NCBI GenBank assembly: GCA_050952645.1
Contig: JBMNLI010000007.1
Location: 64,001 to 128,000, forward strand
DNA: 64,000 nt
Origin: Bdellovibrionota bacterium
GTDB taxonomy: Bacteria > Bdellovibrionota_C > UBA2361 > CAKMMH01
Direction: 5' to 3'
Shown here: in pieces, positions 53,960 through 64,000 of the stretch
How positions within the stretch are numbered: position 1 is the stretch's first letter
How the letters are laid out: every line of letters starts with the position of its first letter
Program-made: the position numbers and the translations under genes
The notes under the pieces: model-generated
Told to the model about the DNA's origin: nothing
The model's input: the letters and a program-made list of their open reading frames with translations, nothing else
Database searches by the model: none

Positions 53960-54260
53960 AAAGTAAATTTCCTAAAAAAACCATACTAGTATTATGCTAA
54001 TCCGATTAGAGTTCTTTTTCAATCTAAAAGATATAGATATTATCGGAGTATTCTATTAAAAAATAAAGGAAGAAAATAAAATAAAAAATAAGGCTAAAAT
54101 AATGACGAAAATAAATAAAAAAAATAAATAAAAAAATAAAGAATAAATAAAAAATAAAGAAAGAATAAAGAAAAAAGCTCCTCATATAAAATATAAAATA
54201 AAATATAAATATGAGAAGCTTTGTTAAATGTGTTTAGTTAAACGTATTTCCTTAAGTCGA

Positions 54261-54620
54261 TTATGAGTAGGCTATTATAATTCCTAAGATATATTCTTTA
54301 ACTGCCGCCCTTGTCGCTTCTATCTCTCCATTAGAAACTTTTTTCATAACATCGCTAGGCGATATGCTATTAGCTATAAGAGGGACGCTTTGACAAATTT
54401 TGCTTTTTAGCGTCGATTTGATTAATTGCGGCATGCTTTTATATATATGTAAGCATTTGTCTAATCCATTTTCATCAAGCAGTACTTTTCCTTTATTATA
54501 AAGAGTGATAAATAAGTTGCATAAATACGGAAACGTTTTTTGTAGGTCTAAACCTTTTTCCATCCCTAGTGCTTCTATAAGCCTTAAAGCTTCTTGTTCG
54601 CTTCCTAGATTTTCTTTCAT
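54261..54620 (-). CDS. Hypothetical protein (diverged paralogue of 54906-55286)
   Basis: LDENGLDKCLHIY motif; downstream hairpin 54176-54222. Confidence 0.65.
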   Translation of the reverse strand: MKENLGSEQEALRLIEALGMEKGLDLQKTFPYLCNLFITLYNKGKVLLDENGLDKCLHIYKSMPQLIKSTLKSKICQSVPLIANSISPSDVMKKVSNGEIEATRAAVKEYILGIIIAYS

Positions 54621-54648
54621 TTCTTATTTTCTTTCTACTAAAAAAGAT

Positions 54649-54803
54649 GTTCTTTACGTTTTAAGGAATTTACATAAAACAAATTGCTTTATATATAGCT
54701 ATAATTTTAAAAAAATCTTTATTTAGCCGAACACTAAAGCCAATTTTCTTTTAAGCTAACAAAAAAACAATTTTTTTTCGGCTCACTTAAAACGTGAAGA
54801 GCC
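54649..54803. repeat. MITE/REP-like element, internally deleted long form, reverse orientation
   Basis: GTTCTTTACGTTTTAAGG ... TTAAAACGTGAAGAGCC; AAAGCCAATTTTCTTTTAAGCTAAC is the reverse complement of the 3011 interior. Confidence 0.8.
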
Positions 54804-54905
54804 AAAAATAATGGTGGAAAATAAAAGTATTATAAAGGAGCTTCTTAAGAGTTTGCTTGTAATTTAAACTATAAGAAGCCCCATAGAAACTCCCTTATGT
54901 GAAAG

Positions 54906-55286
54906 TTAATTTTTACTACTTTGTTCTTGACTTTGTCTGTTAATAAATGTTTCTATCGCTTTTTTATCTAGTTTTAACTCCCTCCTAGCGACATTTTCCA
55001 AGCAAAGCTTAGTAATAGGGTTGTTTTTGTCATACCCTAAGGATCCACAAGCAGACAAAACGAACCTCTCCTTGTTTTGGTATATGCGTATACAACTTTT
55101 TAGTCCCTCTTCATTTAGCTTTGTTTTGTGGGACAAATAACGTTCCAAAATTAGGTAAAACAAAAACTCATATGCATCTAATCCGTAAGATTTCCTATGT
55201 TTTTCGATAAATTCTTTTATATTATTTTTAACACGCTTAAGGGATTTTGCCTGAGCACCTCTATTCACTATTTTTACTTTTTTCAC
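54906..55286 (-). CDS. Hypothetical protein (diverged paralogue of 54261-54620)
   Basis: LNEEGLKSCIRIY motif; upstream TTGACT-N17-TAAACT; downstream hairpin 54838-54882. Confidence 0.65.
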   Translation of the reverse strand: MKKVKIVNRGAQAKSLKRVKNNIKEFIEKHRKSYGLDAYEFLFYLILERYLSHKTKLNEEGLKSCIRIYQNKERFVLSACGSLGYDKNNPITKLCLENVARRELKLDKKAIETFINRQSQEQSSKN

Positions 55287-56204
55287 TTTTTATTTGCTTT
55301 CTATGACAAATGCAATGAAAATAAAAACCCTTTGTTAAGAAAAAATTCCTTAACAAAACCATAATTTTCCGTTAGTTTATCTTTTAGAAAATATTTAGTC
55401 AAGTAAAAGGCAATGTAATTTAAATAGTGTAATTTAAATAATATAAATTAAATAATGCGAGTTTTATATTGATGTGCAATAATACTAATAATTTACTAAT
55501 ATAAGAAACAAATGTATTATTTTAAGCATCAAAGTTTTAAATATAAAAATTTCAAGCATAAAAAATAAGTGTGAAAAAACGAGCATTTAATAAAAAAGAT
55601 TAGTTTATGACTAGGAGATTTAAAAGAGAGATAAAAGTTTCAAAAGATGGAGTTTTAGATACTTCAAATAGGCCTAATACATCGTCCGATAATTATTCTT
55701 ATTACGTCCATTCTAAAGAGCGAGAATCATACCAGCATAAAAAATCTGCTTGGGATCCTAGTCGCTCCTTTACTAATCAATACGAAGAAACGATAAGAAA
55801 TAATATCGATAGCTTAACCTCATACACTAATAGCAATATAGATAGCAAAAGCGTATTCGGGGAAAATGTTTATGGGGGACAAGAGTTCGATATAGACAAA
55901 AGAATTTTAGGAAGCGATGACTTAGGGCGCATGAATATCACTAAGGAAGAGTTAGATGATTTTCTAATTAAAAGAAGAAAACAAAATTCTTCACTATTAG
56001 CCCCCTTATTTAGTAGCAACTCTTATACACATTTAAAAGTTAAAATTTTAATAATAATAGCAGGACTTTGCATTTTTGGAACTTTAATAGTTGGCGCTAA
56101 AACGACTAAGCATAGTAATTCCTTAACTTTTCAAAAAAGTTCACCTAAACAAATAATCAATTAAAATAAATAAGAAATAATCGTTAAATTATGCATTTTT
56201 TTAC

Positions 56205-56233
56205 TTGCATCTGTGTATTTACTATGCTATACT
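56205..56233 (+). promoter_or_regulatory. Transposase promoter
   Basis: TTGCAT-N17-TATACT with TG extension; AGGAGG RBS follows. Confidence 0.65.
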
Positions 56234-56265
56234 TTTAGTGCAACCGTTAACCTAAAGGAGGTTTT

Positions 56266-57954
56266 ATGAATTACAATCGAACAGTTCCATTACCAGAGCA
56301 AAGAAATAAAATAATTATAAGAGAAAAAGGGGAAGCAAAATATGTGCTTTTTGAATACGATCGCACTTATAATAAAGAGAAACAGTATACTAATCCAAAG
56401 CGTAGCGTTATTGGAAAATTAGTTGATGGTAGAGATGATATTATGTACCCTAATGACAATTATAGTAATTATTTTCCAGATGCCCCTATGCCCGAGAAAT
56501 TTTCAGACGCTTCACGCAGTTGTTGTCTTCGTATAGGTCCCCACTTGGTGATTGAAAAAGTAGCAAATGAATTTAATTTGCCTTTTTTACTAAAAAAACA
56601 TTTTGGTGAACGTAGTGAACTTATACTTGATTTAGCGAGTTATTTTATTGTAAATGAAGAGAATGTCAGTCAGTATTATCCAGACTACGCCTTTTCTCAT
56701 CCACTCTTTACAAAAGGTATGCGCATCTATAGTGATTCTACCATAAGTCGTTTTCTTTCTTCTGTTAGCAAAGAGCAGATAATTAACTTTCTTGACGATT
56801 GGAACAAGGGAAAAGATCGCAATCAAATGGTTTACGTTTCATATGATTCGACTAATAAGAACTGTCAAGCAGGTGATGTTGAATTAGTAGAGTTTGGTAA
56901 AGCGAAAGACGAAAAAGGATTCCCAGTATTTAATTTATCCATTGCCTTTGATCAAACGAATAGAGTTCCGTTATTTTACGAAGAGTATCCTGGTTCTATT
57001 ACAGACGTTTCTCAATTTACTCATATGGCAGATAAGGTTATAGAGTATGGATATAAAAAGATAGGATTTATTTTAGACCGTGGTTATTTTAGTAAATATA
57101 ATATTCAATATATGGATAATAGTGGTTTTTCTTTTTTATTGATGGTAAAAGGGTGTAAGGCTTTAGTTTCTAAATTAGTAGAAGAAAACAGGAATACATT
57201 TGAGTCTAAAAGAGACTGTAGTATTCGCTTATACAAGGTATATGGCACTACAGTGAAATCAAAATTATATGATGATGATAGTAAGGAGCGTTATTTTCAT
57301 GTTTATTTTAGTGCGGAAAAGCAAGCATTTGAGAGGGAGCAACTAGAAATTAAATTAGAGGAGTTTGAACAATTTTTAAAAAACCATATTGGCAAAGATA
57401 CAAAGTTTGGACAAACGTATAAGCAATTTTTTGATTTAAGTTATGACAATCAAGGAAAGTTAAGAAAAGTAGAAGAGAGAGCAGATGAAATTCAAAAGGC
57501 TCTTAATTTATGTGGGTATTTTTGTCTTGTTAGTTCGGAAGAAATGAGTGCTAAAGAAGCTATAATACTTTACAAGGGTAGAGACGCAACTGAGAAACTT
57601 TTTGCTATTGATAAGACTTTTTTAGGCTCAAAAAGTATGAGAGTTCATTCATCTCAGGCAGTATCTGCTAAAATTTTTATAGAGTTTATAGCACTTATAA
57701 TTCGCAATCGCATTTATATTCTACTTAATGAAGAACTTTCTAAGCTAACAAAAAAGCCAAACTATATGAATGTTCCTGCCGCATTAAAAGAACTTGAAAA
57801 AATTGAAATGGTAAGAGGGAGTAAGGATTTATATCAGCTGAGCTATGCAGTAAGCAAAAGACAAAAAACTATATTAAATGCGTTTGATATAGATGCTGAT
57901 AAGGTAAGATTAAAAGCTGCTCAAATAAATAAAAAATTACAAAAAAAATTTTAG
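56266..57954 (+). CDS. IS1634-family DDE transposase
   Basis: Identical translation to 26903-28591; stop codon lies inside the right TIR. Confidence 0.88.
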   Translation: MNYNRTVPLPEQRNKIIIREKGEAKYVLFEYDRTYNKEKQYTNPKRSVIGKLVDGRDDIMYPNDNYSNYFPDAPMPEKFSDASRSCCLRIGPHLVIEKVANEFNLPFLLKKHFGERSELILDLASYFIVNEENVSQYYPDYAFSHPLFTKGMRIYSDSTISRFLSSVSKEQIINFLDDWNKGKDRNQMVYVSYDSTNKNCQAGDVELVEFGKAKDEKGFPVFNLSIAFDQTNRVPLFYEEYPGSITDVSQFTHMADKVIEYGYKKIGFILDRGYFSKYNIQYMDNSGFSFLLMVKGCKALVSKLVEENRNTFESKRDCSIRLYKVYGTTVKSKLYDDDSKERYFHVYFSAEKQAFEREQLEIKLEEFEQFLKNHIGKDTKFGQTYKQFFDLSYDNQGKLRKVEERADEIQKALNLCGYFCLVSSEEMSAKEAIILYKGRDATEKLFAIDKTFLGSKSMRVHSSQAVSAKIFIEFIALIIRNRIYILLNEELSKLTKKPNYMNVPAALKELEKIEMVRGSKDLYQLSYAVSKRQKTILNAFDIDADKVRLKAAQINKKLQKKF

Positions 57955-58223
57955 GTGAACTTTTTTGCAAAGTTAAGGTAATTATAAGCATGGCAATTAT
58001 CAACGTGGCAATTATCAAGAAGAAAAGTACTATTATAACGAGTATGATTTCTAAATCATAAAAATTAATTATCTTAAGATACGTGGGTTGAGTTTCAAGT
58101 AAAACTTTATTATTATTTTATCGTGGCTTTTATAGCATCTTTTATGTTTTTTTTATATCATTTCTTATATCGTTTTATTTTTAAATAATTTATTTTTTTC
58201 ATTTTAAAGGTAAAAAGTTTTTT

Positions 58224-59570
58224 ATGATAATAATGAAGTTTGGGGGTTCTTCCGTTGCAAATGCTGAAAGAATTTTAGAAGTAAAAAAAATAGTAGAAAA
58301 ATATTTAGATAAAAAACCAGTGTTGGTATTTTCAGCTTGTTTTCAAACGACAGATTGGCTTATAGAAGCTGGGAATAATGCGTTAAATGGCAATGTCGAT
58401 GCTAGTAAAATAGTAGATTTTCATAATAATCTATTAAAAGATTTAAAACTAGATGGTGCGAAAATAAAGCCACTCCTTGATGAAATTGAAGATTTGTTAA
58501 AGAGCATTTCTCTATTTAAAGAATTTACAAGTAGGATAAAAGATAAACTTATGTCTTATGGGGAACGATTATCCGTAAGGATAATTTCAGATTATTTTAA
58601 CGCTAAAGGGATAAAAGCTAAGGCGTTTGATGCTTGGGATATCGGCTTTTTAACCGATGCTAATTATGGGAATGCGCAAATAGACGTAGCGACTTACGAT
58701 AATATAAATAAGAAGCTAGGATACTTAAAAGAAAATTATGAATACACCCCAATAATTACAGGGTTTATAGCTAAAGATAAAACCGGCACTATAACTACGC
58801 TAGGAAGAAGCGGAAGCGATTTTTCAGCATCTATCTTAGGAGCAGCACTTTTAGTCGATGAGATTCAAGTTTGGAAAGATGTCGATGGAATTTTAACTGC
58901 TGACCCAAGAATAGTTAAAGAGCCAAAAGTTATATCTTCTCTTTCGTTTAATGAAGCCTCGGAGCTTGCCTACTTTGGAGCTAAAGTGCTACACCCTGCC
59001 TCCATAGTTCCAGCTATGCAGCGTAATATTCCAGTAAGAGTAAAAAATTCTTATAATATTGATGCTAAAGGGAGCGTCGTTCTTAGTGAAGAGTTGGTAA
59101 AAAAATCTGATAGCTCTAAAGGGACTATTAAGGCTATTACAGCTAAAAGAAAAATAATTTTAATAGATATAGTCTCTACTAGAATGCTAGGACAATCTGG
59201 CTTTCTATCAAAAGTTTTTAATATATTTGAACAAGAAAACATTTCAGTTGATATGATATCAAGCAGTGAGATATCTATTTCACTAACGATAGATAATAGG
59301 TATGATGTGCAAAAACTTTCTGAGCTTCTTTCTGAATATGCTAACATAAATGTTAGCTATAACAAATCGATTATAACTTTAATTTCAGATGCAAAAGATA
59401 CCTCTTTAATATTAGGTAAAGCGTTTTCTTTACTAGCTAGTAAGTCTTATAATGTGCAAATGATTTCTCACGGTGCTTCTAAAGTAAATATTAGTTTTAT
59501 TTTAGAAGATAGCGAGATAGAAGACGCAGTTAGGCTTCTTCATAAAGAGTTTTTTGAAAATGCGGTTTAA
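58224..59570 (+). CDS. lysC: Aspartate kinase
   Basis: MKFGGSSVA, TTLGRSGSD, WKDVDGILTADP, GAKVLHP, two ACT domains. Confidence 0.94.
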   Translation: MIIMKFGGSSVANAERILEVKKIVEKYLDKKPVLVFSACFQTTDWLIEAGNNALNGNVDASKIVDFHNNLLKDLKLDGAKIKPLLDEIEDLLKSISLFKEFTSRIKDKLMSYGERLSVRIISDYFNAKGIKAKAFDAWDIGFLTDANYGNAQIDVATYDNINKKLGYLKENYEYTPIITGFIAKDKTGTITTLGRSGSDFSASILGAALLVDEIQVWKDVDGILTADPRIVKEPKVISSLSFNEASELAYFGAKVLHPASIVPAMQRNIPVRVKNSYNIDAKGSVVLSEELVKKSDSSKGTIKAITAKRKIILIDIVSTRMLGQSGFLSKVFNIFEQENISVDMISSSEISISLTIDNRYDVQKLSELLSEYANINVSYNKSIITLISDAKDTSLILGKAFSLLASKSYNVQMISHGASKVNISFILEDSEIEDAVRLLHKEFFENAV

Positions 59571-59655
59571 TCAAATTGTAATAAAATAAATTGCAAAAAA
59601 AAAAGTAAAAAAATTAAATTATTACTAAAAATATAAATAGGAGGGAAATGAAAAT

Positions 59656-60747
59656 ATGGATAAATCAAAAGTATGGAAAATAAATCTTACTAAAGATGCT
59701 AGTGTAGATGAACTAAAAGAAAAAACTTCTAAGCTTTTACAAGCTTCTAATTTATTAAAAATAATTTCTAAAAATAAGCTAGTAGGAGTAAAGCAACATT
59801 TCGGAGAAAAAGGAAATAAGGGCTATATAAAGCCTGAAATTACTAAAGTCGTGTTAAATAAGGTAAAGGAAAGGCTTGGGAAACCTCTCTTGATAGAAAC
59901 TAACACTTTATATAGAGAGGGTGAACGCTCAAATACGTTCGACCATTTAAAAATAGCTTATGAGCATGGATTTAATTATGAAAACGTTGGTGCCTCTATA
60001 GTTATAATGGACGGCTTAAATGGGCAAGTGCAACGAAGTGTTAAGATAGGTGGAAAGCATTTTAAGGAGGTTTACGTTGCATCAGACCTTCCTTTTTTCG
60101 ATTCTATTATAGTTTTATCTCATGTTAAAGGACACGCCTTAGCTGGATTTGGAGGGGCTATAAAAAATATGGCGATGGGGTTTGCTAGTCGCTCTGGCAA
60201 ATTGCTTCAGCATGCAGATTTTAAACCAAGCGTAAGAAAGAAAAAATGCATCGCTTGTGGTTTATGTGAAAGCGCGTGTGCTTACGATGCTATTAAAATA
60301 AAAGATGGCGTTTGGTGTTTTGATAAAGAAAAATGCGTTGGCTGTGCTTGCTGCTACACATCGTGCCCTAAAGAAGCGATATCTTTTAATTGGGGGGGAA
60401 CTGACGATATATTTCAAGAAAAGCTAGCAGAATACGCTTTTGGTGCTATTAAGGATCATCGCAAAAATGGAAAGGCTATTTTTATAAATTACATAAATCA
60501 TATAACCGCTCAGTGTGATTGCGAATTAGGCGAGAATCCTGTCATATATCCAGATATTGCGATTTTAGCTAGTGATGATCCTGTGGCTATAGATAAAGCG
60601 AGCTTCGATTTAACTAAAGAAACTTTTGGAAAAGATATTTTTAAAGACCTTTGGTCTCAAACAAATTGCACAAGAAAACTAGAACATGCCAACGCCTTAG
60701 GACTTGGAAATTTAGAATACGAGATAGAAAATATAGAAGATATTTAG
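59656..60747 (+). CDS. DUF362 iron-sulfur protein
   Basis: VKQHFGE, SHVKGH..GFGGAIKN, two CxxCxxC..C ferredoxin motifs, CDC, DPVAID. Confidence 0.88.
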   Translation: MDKSKVWKINLTKDASVDELKEKTSKLLQASNLLKIISKNKLVGVKQHFGEKGNKGYIKPEITKVVLNKVKERLGKPLLIETNTLYREGERSNTFDHLKIAYEHGFNYENVGASIVIMDGLNGQVQRSVKIGGKHFKEVYVASDLPFFDSIIVLSHVKGHALAGFGGAIKNMAMGFASRSGKLLQHADFKPSVRKKKCIACGLCESACAYDAIKIKDGVWCFDKEKCVGCACCYTSCPKEAISFNWGGTDDIFQEKLAEYAFGAIKDHRKNGKAIFINYINHITAQCDCELGENPVIYPDIAILASDDPVAIDKASFDLTKETFGKDIFKDLWSQTNCTRKLEHANALGLGNLEYEIENIEDI

Positions 60748-60947
60748 AAGATATATAATTAAAGATATATAATTAAAGATATATAATAAAGATGTGCTAA
60801 GAAAGAGAAAGAGAATTTAAGAAAGAGAATTAAAGAGGAATAAAGAGAAAGAGGATAAAGAAAAAGAGAGAGAATAAGATAATATTTAGCTATAGATACA
60901 ATAAATAAATAATAATAACAATAAATAATCAATAAATAATTAAAGAG

Positions 60948-61023
<76 letters not shown>

Positions 61024-61315
61024 ACTTTTTATTTGTTATTTGTTTTTATTTACTTAAAACAATATTAAATCAAAATTAAATAAAATTATCAATATAATAG
61101 TTTACAATAATTTTACGTCTTTTGAAATAACTTTGATAGTTTTACGCTTTTAGAGATTTAAAGTCAAGAGAAGAGTTAGAGAATTTTAGAAAAAAGTTTT
61201 TTCTTTTAACGTTTTAAAAAACTTAAGAAAGAAAAAATATTTGAGAAATTCTTAAAAAGTAATTTTTTTAATATTTAAATTCTAAAAATTTCTCAAATAA
61301 TAGTTTCGTTTTTTC

Positions 61316-62044
61316 TTATTTAAAAAGGCTACAAACAGTGCCTAAAATATTTGAAAATGAAAAGCCTGAGTCAGAGTTTGAACTAAAAATATTCTTTATC
61401 CCACTCCAGATATTTGAAAATATACTTCCAGTGCCTTCAGTGCCTGCAGATTTAGAACCGCCAAATAAATTTCCAGCAATATTTTTTATTCCATCCCAAA
61501 TGTTTGAAAAAAGGCTTCCACATTTGCTGCCATCATTATTAGTAGGCAATAATGAGCTTGAAGAGCCAAAAATATTTCCTATAAGATTTTGAGCAGATGA
61601 TAAAAGTCCCGTTAGCCAAGATGAAGAATTGCTACCGCTAAAGATGCTACTTATCATATTTTTTAAGCCCCCTAAGAACCCTAAGTTTTCGCCGCTATTT
61701 GCTATACCAGAAATATCAACATCTTGCCCTGTAGGTAGTGTTATCTCGCTACCACCAGGTTGGTATATGTTTTGCAATTGTAAGCCAACTATTGAAAACA
61801 TATTTTGAACAAAGTTTGTAGCGATATTCAACATTTGATTAACAAAATTTTGAATAAAATTTGTTGATGAATTATCCGTTAGCGTTGGCATTGGGGTTAT
61901 CGTAGCTGGCCCATATCCTATATTTGCAAGGCTAGTATAATAAGGTTTATGATAAACTGTTTGTCCTAGTTGGCTTGAATAACTACTTATAGGATTGTAG
62001 GTAGCTCCATTTTGAGTATTTAATATATTTGAAATTGAATTCAT
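61316..62044 (-). CDS. Hypothetical S/N/G-rich protein with repeated amphipathic helices
   Basis: AGGAG RBS; repeats such as SLFSNIWDGIKNI and SIFSNIWSGIKNIF; downstream inverted repeat 61238-61299. Confidence 0.8.
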   Translation of the reverse strand: MNSISNILNTQNGATYNPISSYSSQLGQTVYHKPYYTSLANIGYGPATITPMPTLTDNSSTNFIQNFVNQMLNIATNFVQNMFSIVGLQLQNIYQPGGSEITLPTGQDVDISGIANSGENLGFLGGLKNMISSIFSGSNSSSWLTGLLSSAQNLIGNIFGSSSSLLPTNNDGSKCGSLFSNIWDGIKNIAGNLFGGSKSAGTEGTGSIFSNIWSGIKNIFSSNSDSGFSFSNILGTVCSLFK

Positions 62045-62329
62045 ATTAATATTCTCCTAAAAAAGTTTTAAATTAAAAATTAAAATTAGAGTTTCTTTTA
62101 AAAATAAATGCTTTATAGAATTTTATATAAAACTTTTTTAATGATAAAAAATACCTTTTTAAAACTTTAAAAAATTAAAACTTTAAAGATATTTTAAAAG
62201 AAATTTCTAATTTTTTACTTCCATTAAAATTAGTCGAATTTTATTTTTTTTAGTTTCCATTTAGCTAATTTTTCTTTGAAGTGTTGACTTTTTGGAAGAA
62301 TTATTTAACAATATCTTCTTGTTGAATGT

Positions 62330-62406
62330 GGCCCCATAGCTCAGTTGGTTAGAGCAACCGGCTCATAACCGGTGGGTCCAAGGTTCAAGTCCTTGTGGGG
62401 CCACCA
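62330..62406 (+). tRNA. tRNA with CAT anticodon, most likely tRNA-Ile2 (lysidine)
   Basis: GGCCCCA/TGGGGCC acceptor stem; no initiator C1:A72 or 3GC anticodon stem; resembles ileX type; upstream TTGACT at 62284. Confidence 0.88.
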
Positions 62407-62421
62407 ACATTTTTCTAACTT

Positions 62422-62690
62422 GGTTCTTCACGTTTTAGGTGGGTTGAGCCAAGAAAATGTTATTCTATTTAATGAAGTCTTTGTGAAAGTTATCCACAGC
62501 TTGACATTTAGCTTTTAATTGCTAGGTCTTGCTATTAGTTATGGATAGCTTTTCCTAACACACCTTAATGTTTATTTTTCCTAATGAATTTAACTGTTGT
62601 TCTTTTAATAAAACAGTAACGGTTTTGGAATATAATTTTGTCAATTTACATTAGAAGATAGACTCTAATCCACTCAAAACGTGAAGAATC
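62422..62690. repeat. MITE-family TIRs enclosing a different ~225-bp interior
   Basis: GGTTCTTCACGTTTTAGGTGGGTT ... CCACTCAAAACGTGAAGAATC. Confidence 0.7.
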
Positions 62691-63132
62691 AAAAAACTTA
62701 TAAAATATGTAAGTAAGATAAGGTTAATATTAAATTTCTAGGTATGTCTTAGAGCAACGTCCGTTTTTATTTTAGTCCCTATAAAAGCTAAATTTTAATC
62801 TTGTAAGTTTTAGGTCTGTGATTATATAATATTTTTACTTAAGTTTTTTTATCACGATATATTTTTTTTGAGTGCATTGTCTTTATTAGAAAATTTTCAT
62901 TTAAACCTAAATTTTTTAAGAGTGTGTAAGTAAAATTAAAAATTAGATTTTTATTATGTTAAAATTCCTTTTAACCTTAAACAGTCGATTAAAAAATTTC
63001 TTTCAAAATAAAAAATTGATGAAAATAAATATATTTAGAAATGATTGGTCAATATTTGAGCTCCTTTTTATACATCTGTATTTTTAGGAGCTCTTTTTTT
63101 TTTACATTGATTATTTTGTATTTGGAAAAATA

Positions 63133-63233
63133 GTTCTTCACGTTTTAAGGTGGGTTTTAGACCTTAAAATTAGTATCACTCACGCACGAAGCAAAAAAAC
63201 AATTTTTCTAACCCACCTAAAACGTGAAGAGCC
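63133..63233. repeat. MITE/REP-like element, short form, reverse orientation
   Basis: Reverse complement matches the 1276 copy and the ends of the 3011 copy. Confidence 0.85.
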
Positions 63234-63448
63234 TAATTTTTTTAGTTTCTTTTTTGGCTTTGCAAGGTAAGTGGCCCTGACTTTTAAGAATTTTCCCTAT
63301 CTTTAAACGCATAAAGAACTTTTTCCCCCTTAAATTATTTAAATTTAGCTTGAAAAATGCAAAATTTTTTTATATTTTGCTACACTTAAAATAAAAATCG
63401 TGTTAAACTATTCTTGGTGTTAAATGTATATATGGGGAATAGTTAATA

Positions 63449-64000
63449 ATGCAATCGAATTTCATAGAAAATTTAATTAAGTTAGGAAAGATTGATGCGC
63501 TACTTACAAGAATATCAGCAGAGAAAAAACAAGCAACAAAAAAATATGTAGAGATAGACAATAAGCTTAATGAACGGGCTGTCGTGTTAAGTGATAAATC
63601 AAGTCTTTTAAAATCGAGAGAAGAAAAATATAAAAAAGAGCAGAAAGATATAAAAGAAGAAAGGCAGAAATTAGTAGAGAGAAGAAAGGCGATATATTCA
63701 TTTAACGATCACAGAGTGCAGCAATCGGCACAAAAAGAGGTTGAGCTTGCATCAAAACAACTAGATACTAGAGAAGAACGCTTGCTTCCTGTATTAGAAG
63801 AAATAGAAATATTAAAAAAAGATTACGATAATGTTTTAAATGATTGTAAAATTTTAAAGCAAGCGTTAGATAAGTTGCAAAAAAATAAGGATGAAGTTGA
63901 AGCCACATATAAGAAAAGGCAAGAAGAGGGGCTACAAAAAAGAGATGAGATATTAAAAAATATTTCAAAAGATGCCCTAACTGAATATAACAAAGCTAGA
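63449..64000 (+). CDS. Coiled-coil DUF164/C4 zinc-ribbon-type protein, 3'-truncated by the window
   Basis: Open to the window end; MQSNFIENLIKLGKIDALL..., long heptad region, ..RDEILKNISKDALTEYNKAR. Confidence 0.65.
   Translation, partial: MQSNFIENLIKLGKIDALLTRISAEKKQATKKYVEIDNKLNERAVVLSDKSSLLKSREEKYKKEQKDIKEERQKLVERRKAIYSFNDHRVQQSAQKEVELASKQLDTREERLLPVLEEIEILKKDYDNVLNDCKILKQALDKLQKNKDEVEATYKKRQEEGLQKRDEILKNISKDALTEYNKAR

Larger units (their letters stand above)
56121..57978 (+). mobile_element. IS1634-family insertion sequence, copy 2 (1858 bp)
   Basis: Same TIRs as copy 1; 5-bp target duplication TAATT (56116-56120 / 57979-57983). Confidence 0.92.
55607..58054 (+). pseudogene. Single-TM hypothetical gene interrupted near its 3' end by IS copy 2
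   Basis: Removing the IS and one TAATT restores ...KHSNYKHGNYQRGNYQEEKYYYNEYDF* ending at 58054. Confidence 0.75.

Noticed and set aside
26879..57978. Composite transposon or completed inversion between the IS copies
   Set aside because: Each copy has its own matching 5-bp target duplication, indicating independent insertions.
62330..62690. tRNA-targeted island after the CAT tRNA
   Set aside because: No integrase and no duplicated tRNA 3' end seen in the window.
62937..62964. dif-like site (TTATGTTAAA)
   Set aside because: Only the XerD-like arm matches; no XerC arm at the right spacing.

Overview
A 64-kb, very AT-rich stretch of a Gram-negative bacterial chromosome. Gene content is deltaproteobacterial-like (six-domain S1, sigma54 NtrC regulator, DUF4911, DUF164); taxonomy cannot be fixed from sequence alone. 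The backbone carries comEC, pyrG, rpsA, mscL, ffs-dnaX-ybaB-recR, four tRNAs, lemA plus three glycosyltransferases, moxR, mltG, ruvX, an M23 peptidase, rlmD, nadD/nadE, an M29 aminopeptidase and lysC. Two identical 1858-bp IS1634-family copies are present, each with its own 5-bp target duplication. A Firmicutes-like island (type I R-M, Mrr, oriT-like and iteron-like sites, large serine recombinase) is integrated in the 3' end of rlmD. It is followed by a second foreign mosaic (cupin-rubredoxin-hcp) bounded by a 177/178-bp duplication of host DNA. The most striking observation is that rejoining the island ends gives an attP with a perfect 7-bp inverted repeat that lies inside the recombinase gene. 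Its right arm is dual-coding: it repairs RlmD in one frame and gives the recombinase a new 58-aa C-terminus in another. Other observations: parallel erosion of the glutaminase domains of PyrG and NadE; a membrane-inserted Cas4-like nuclease beside a ComEC with no nuclease domain; a dnaX whose tau extension lies in the -1 frame after an A10 run; a MITE/REP-like palindromic repeat family; and an orphan protein built of amphipathic-helix repeats. All family calls come from motif recognition by eye, not database searches.
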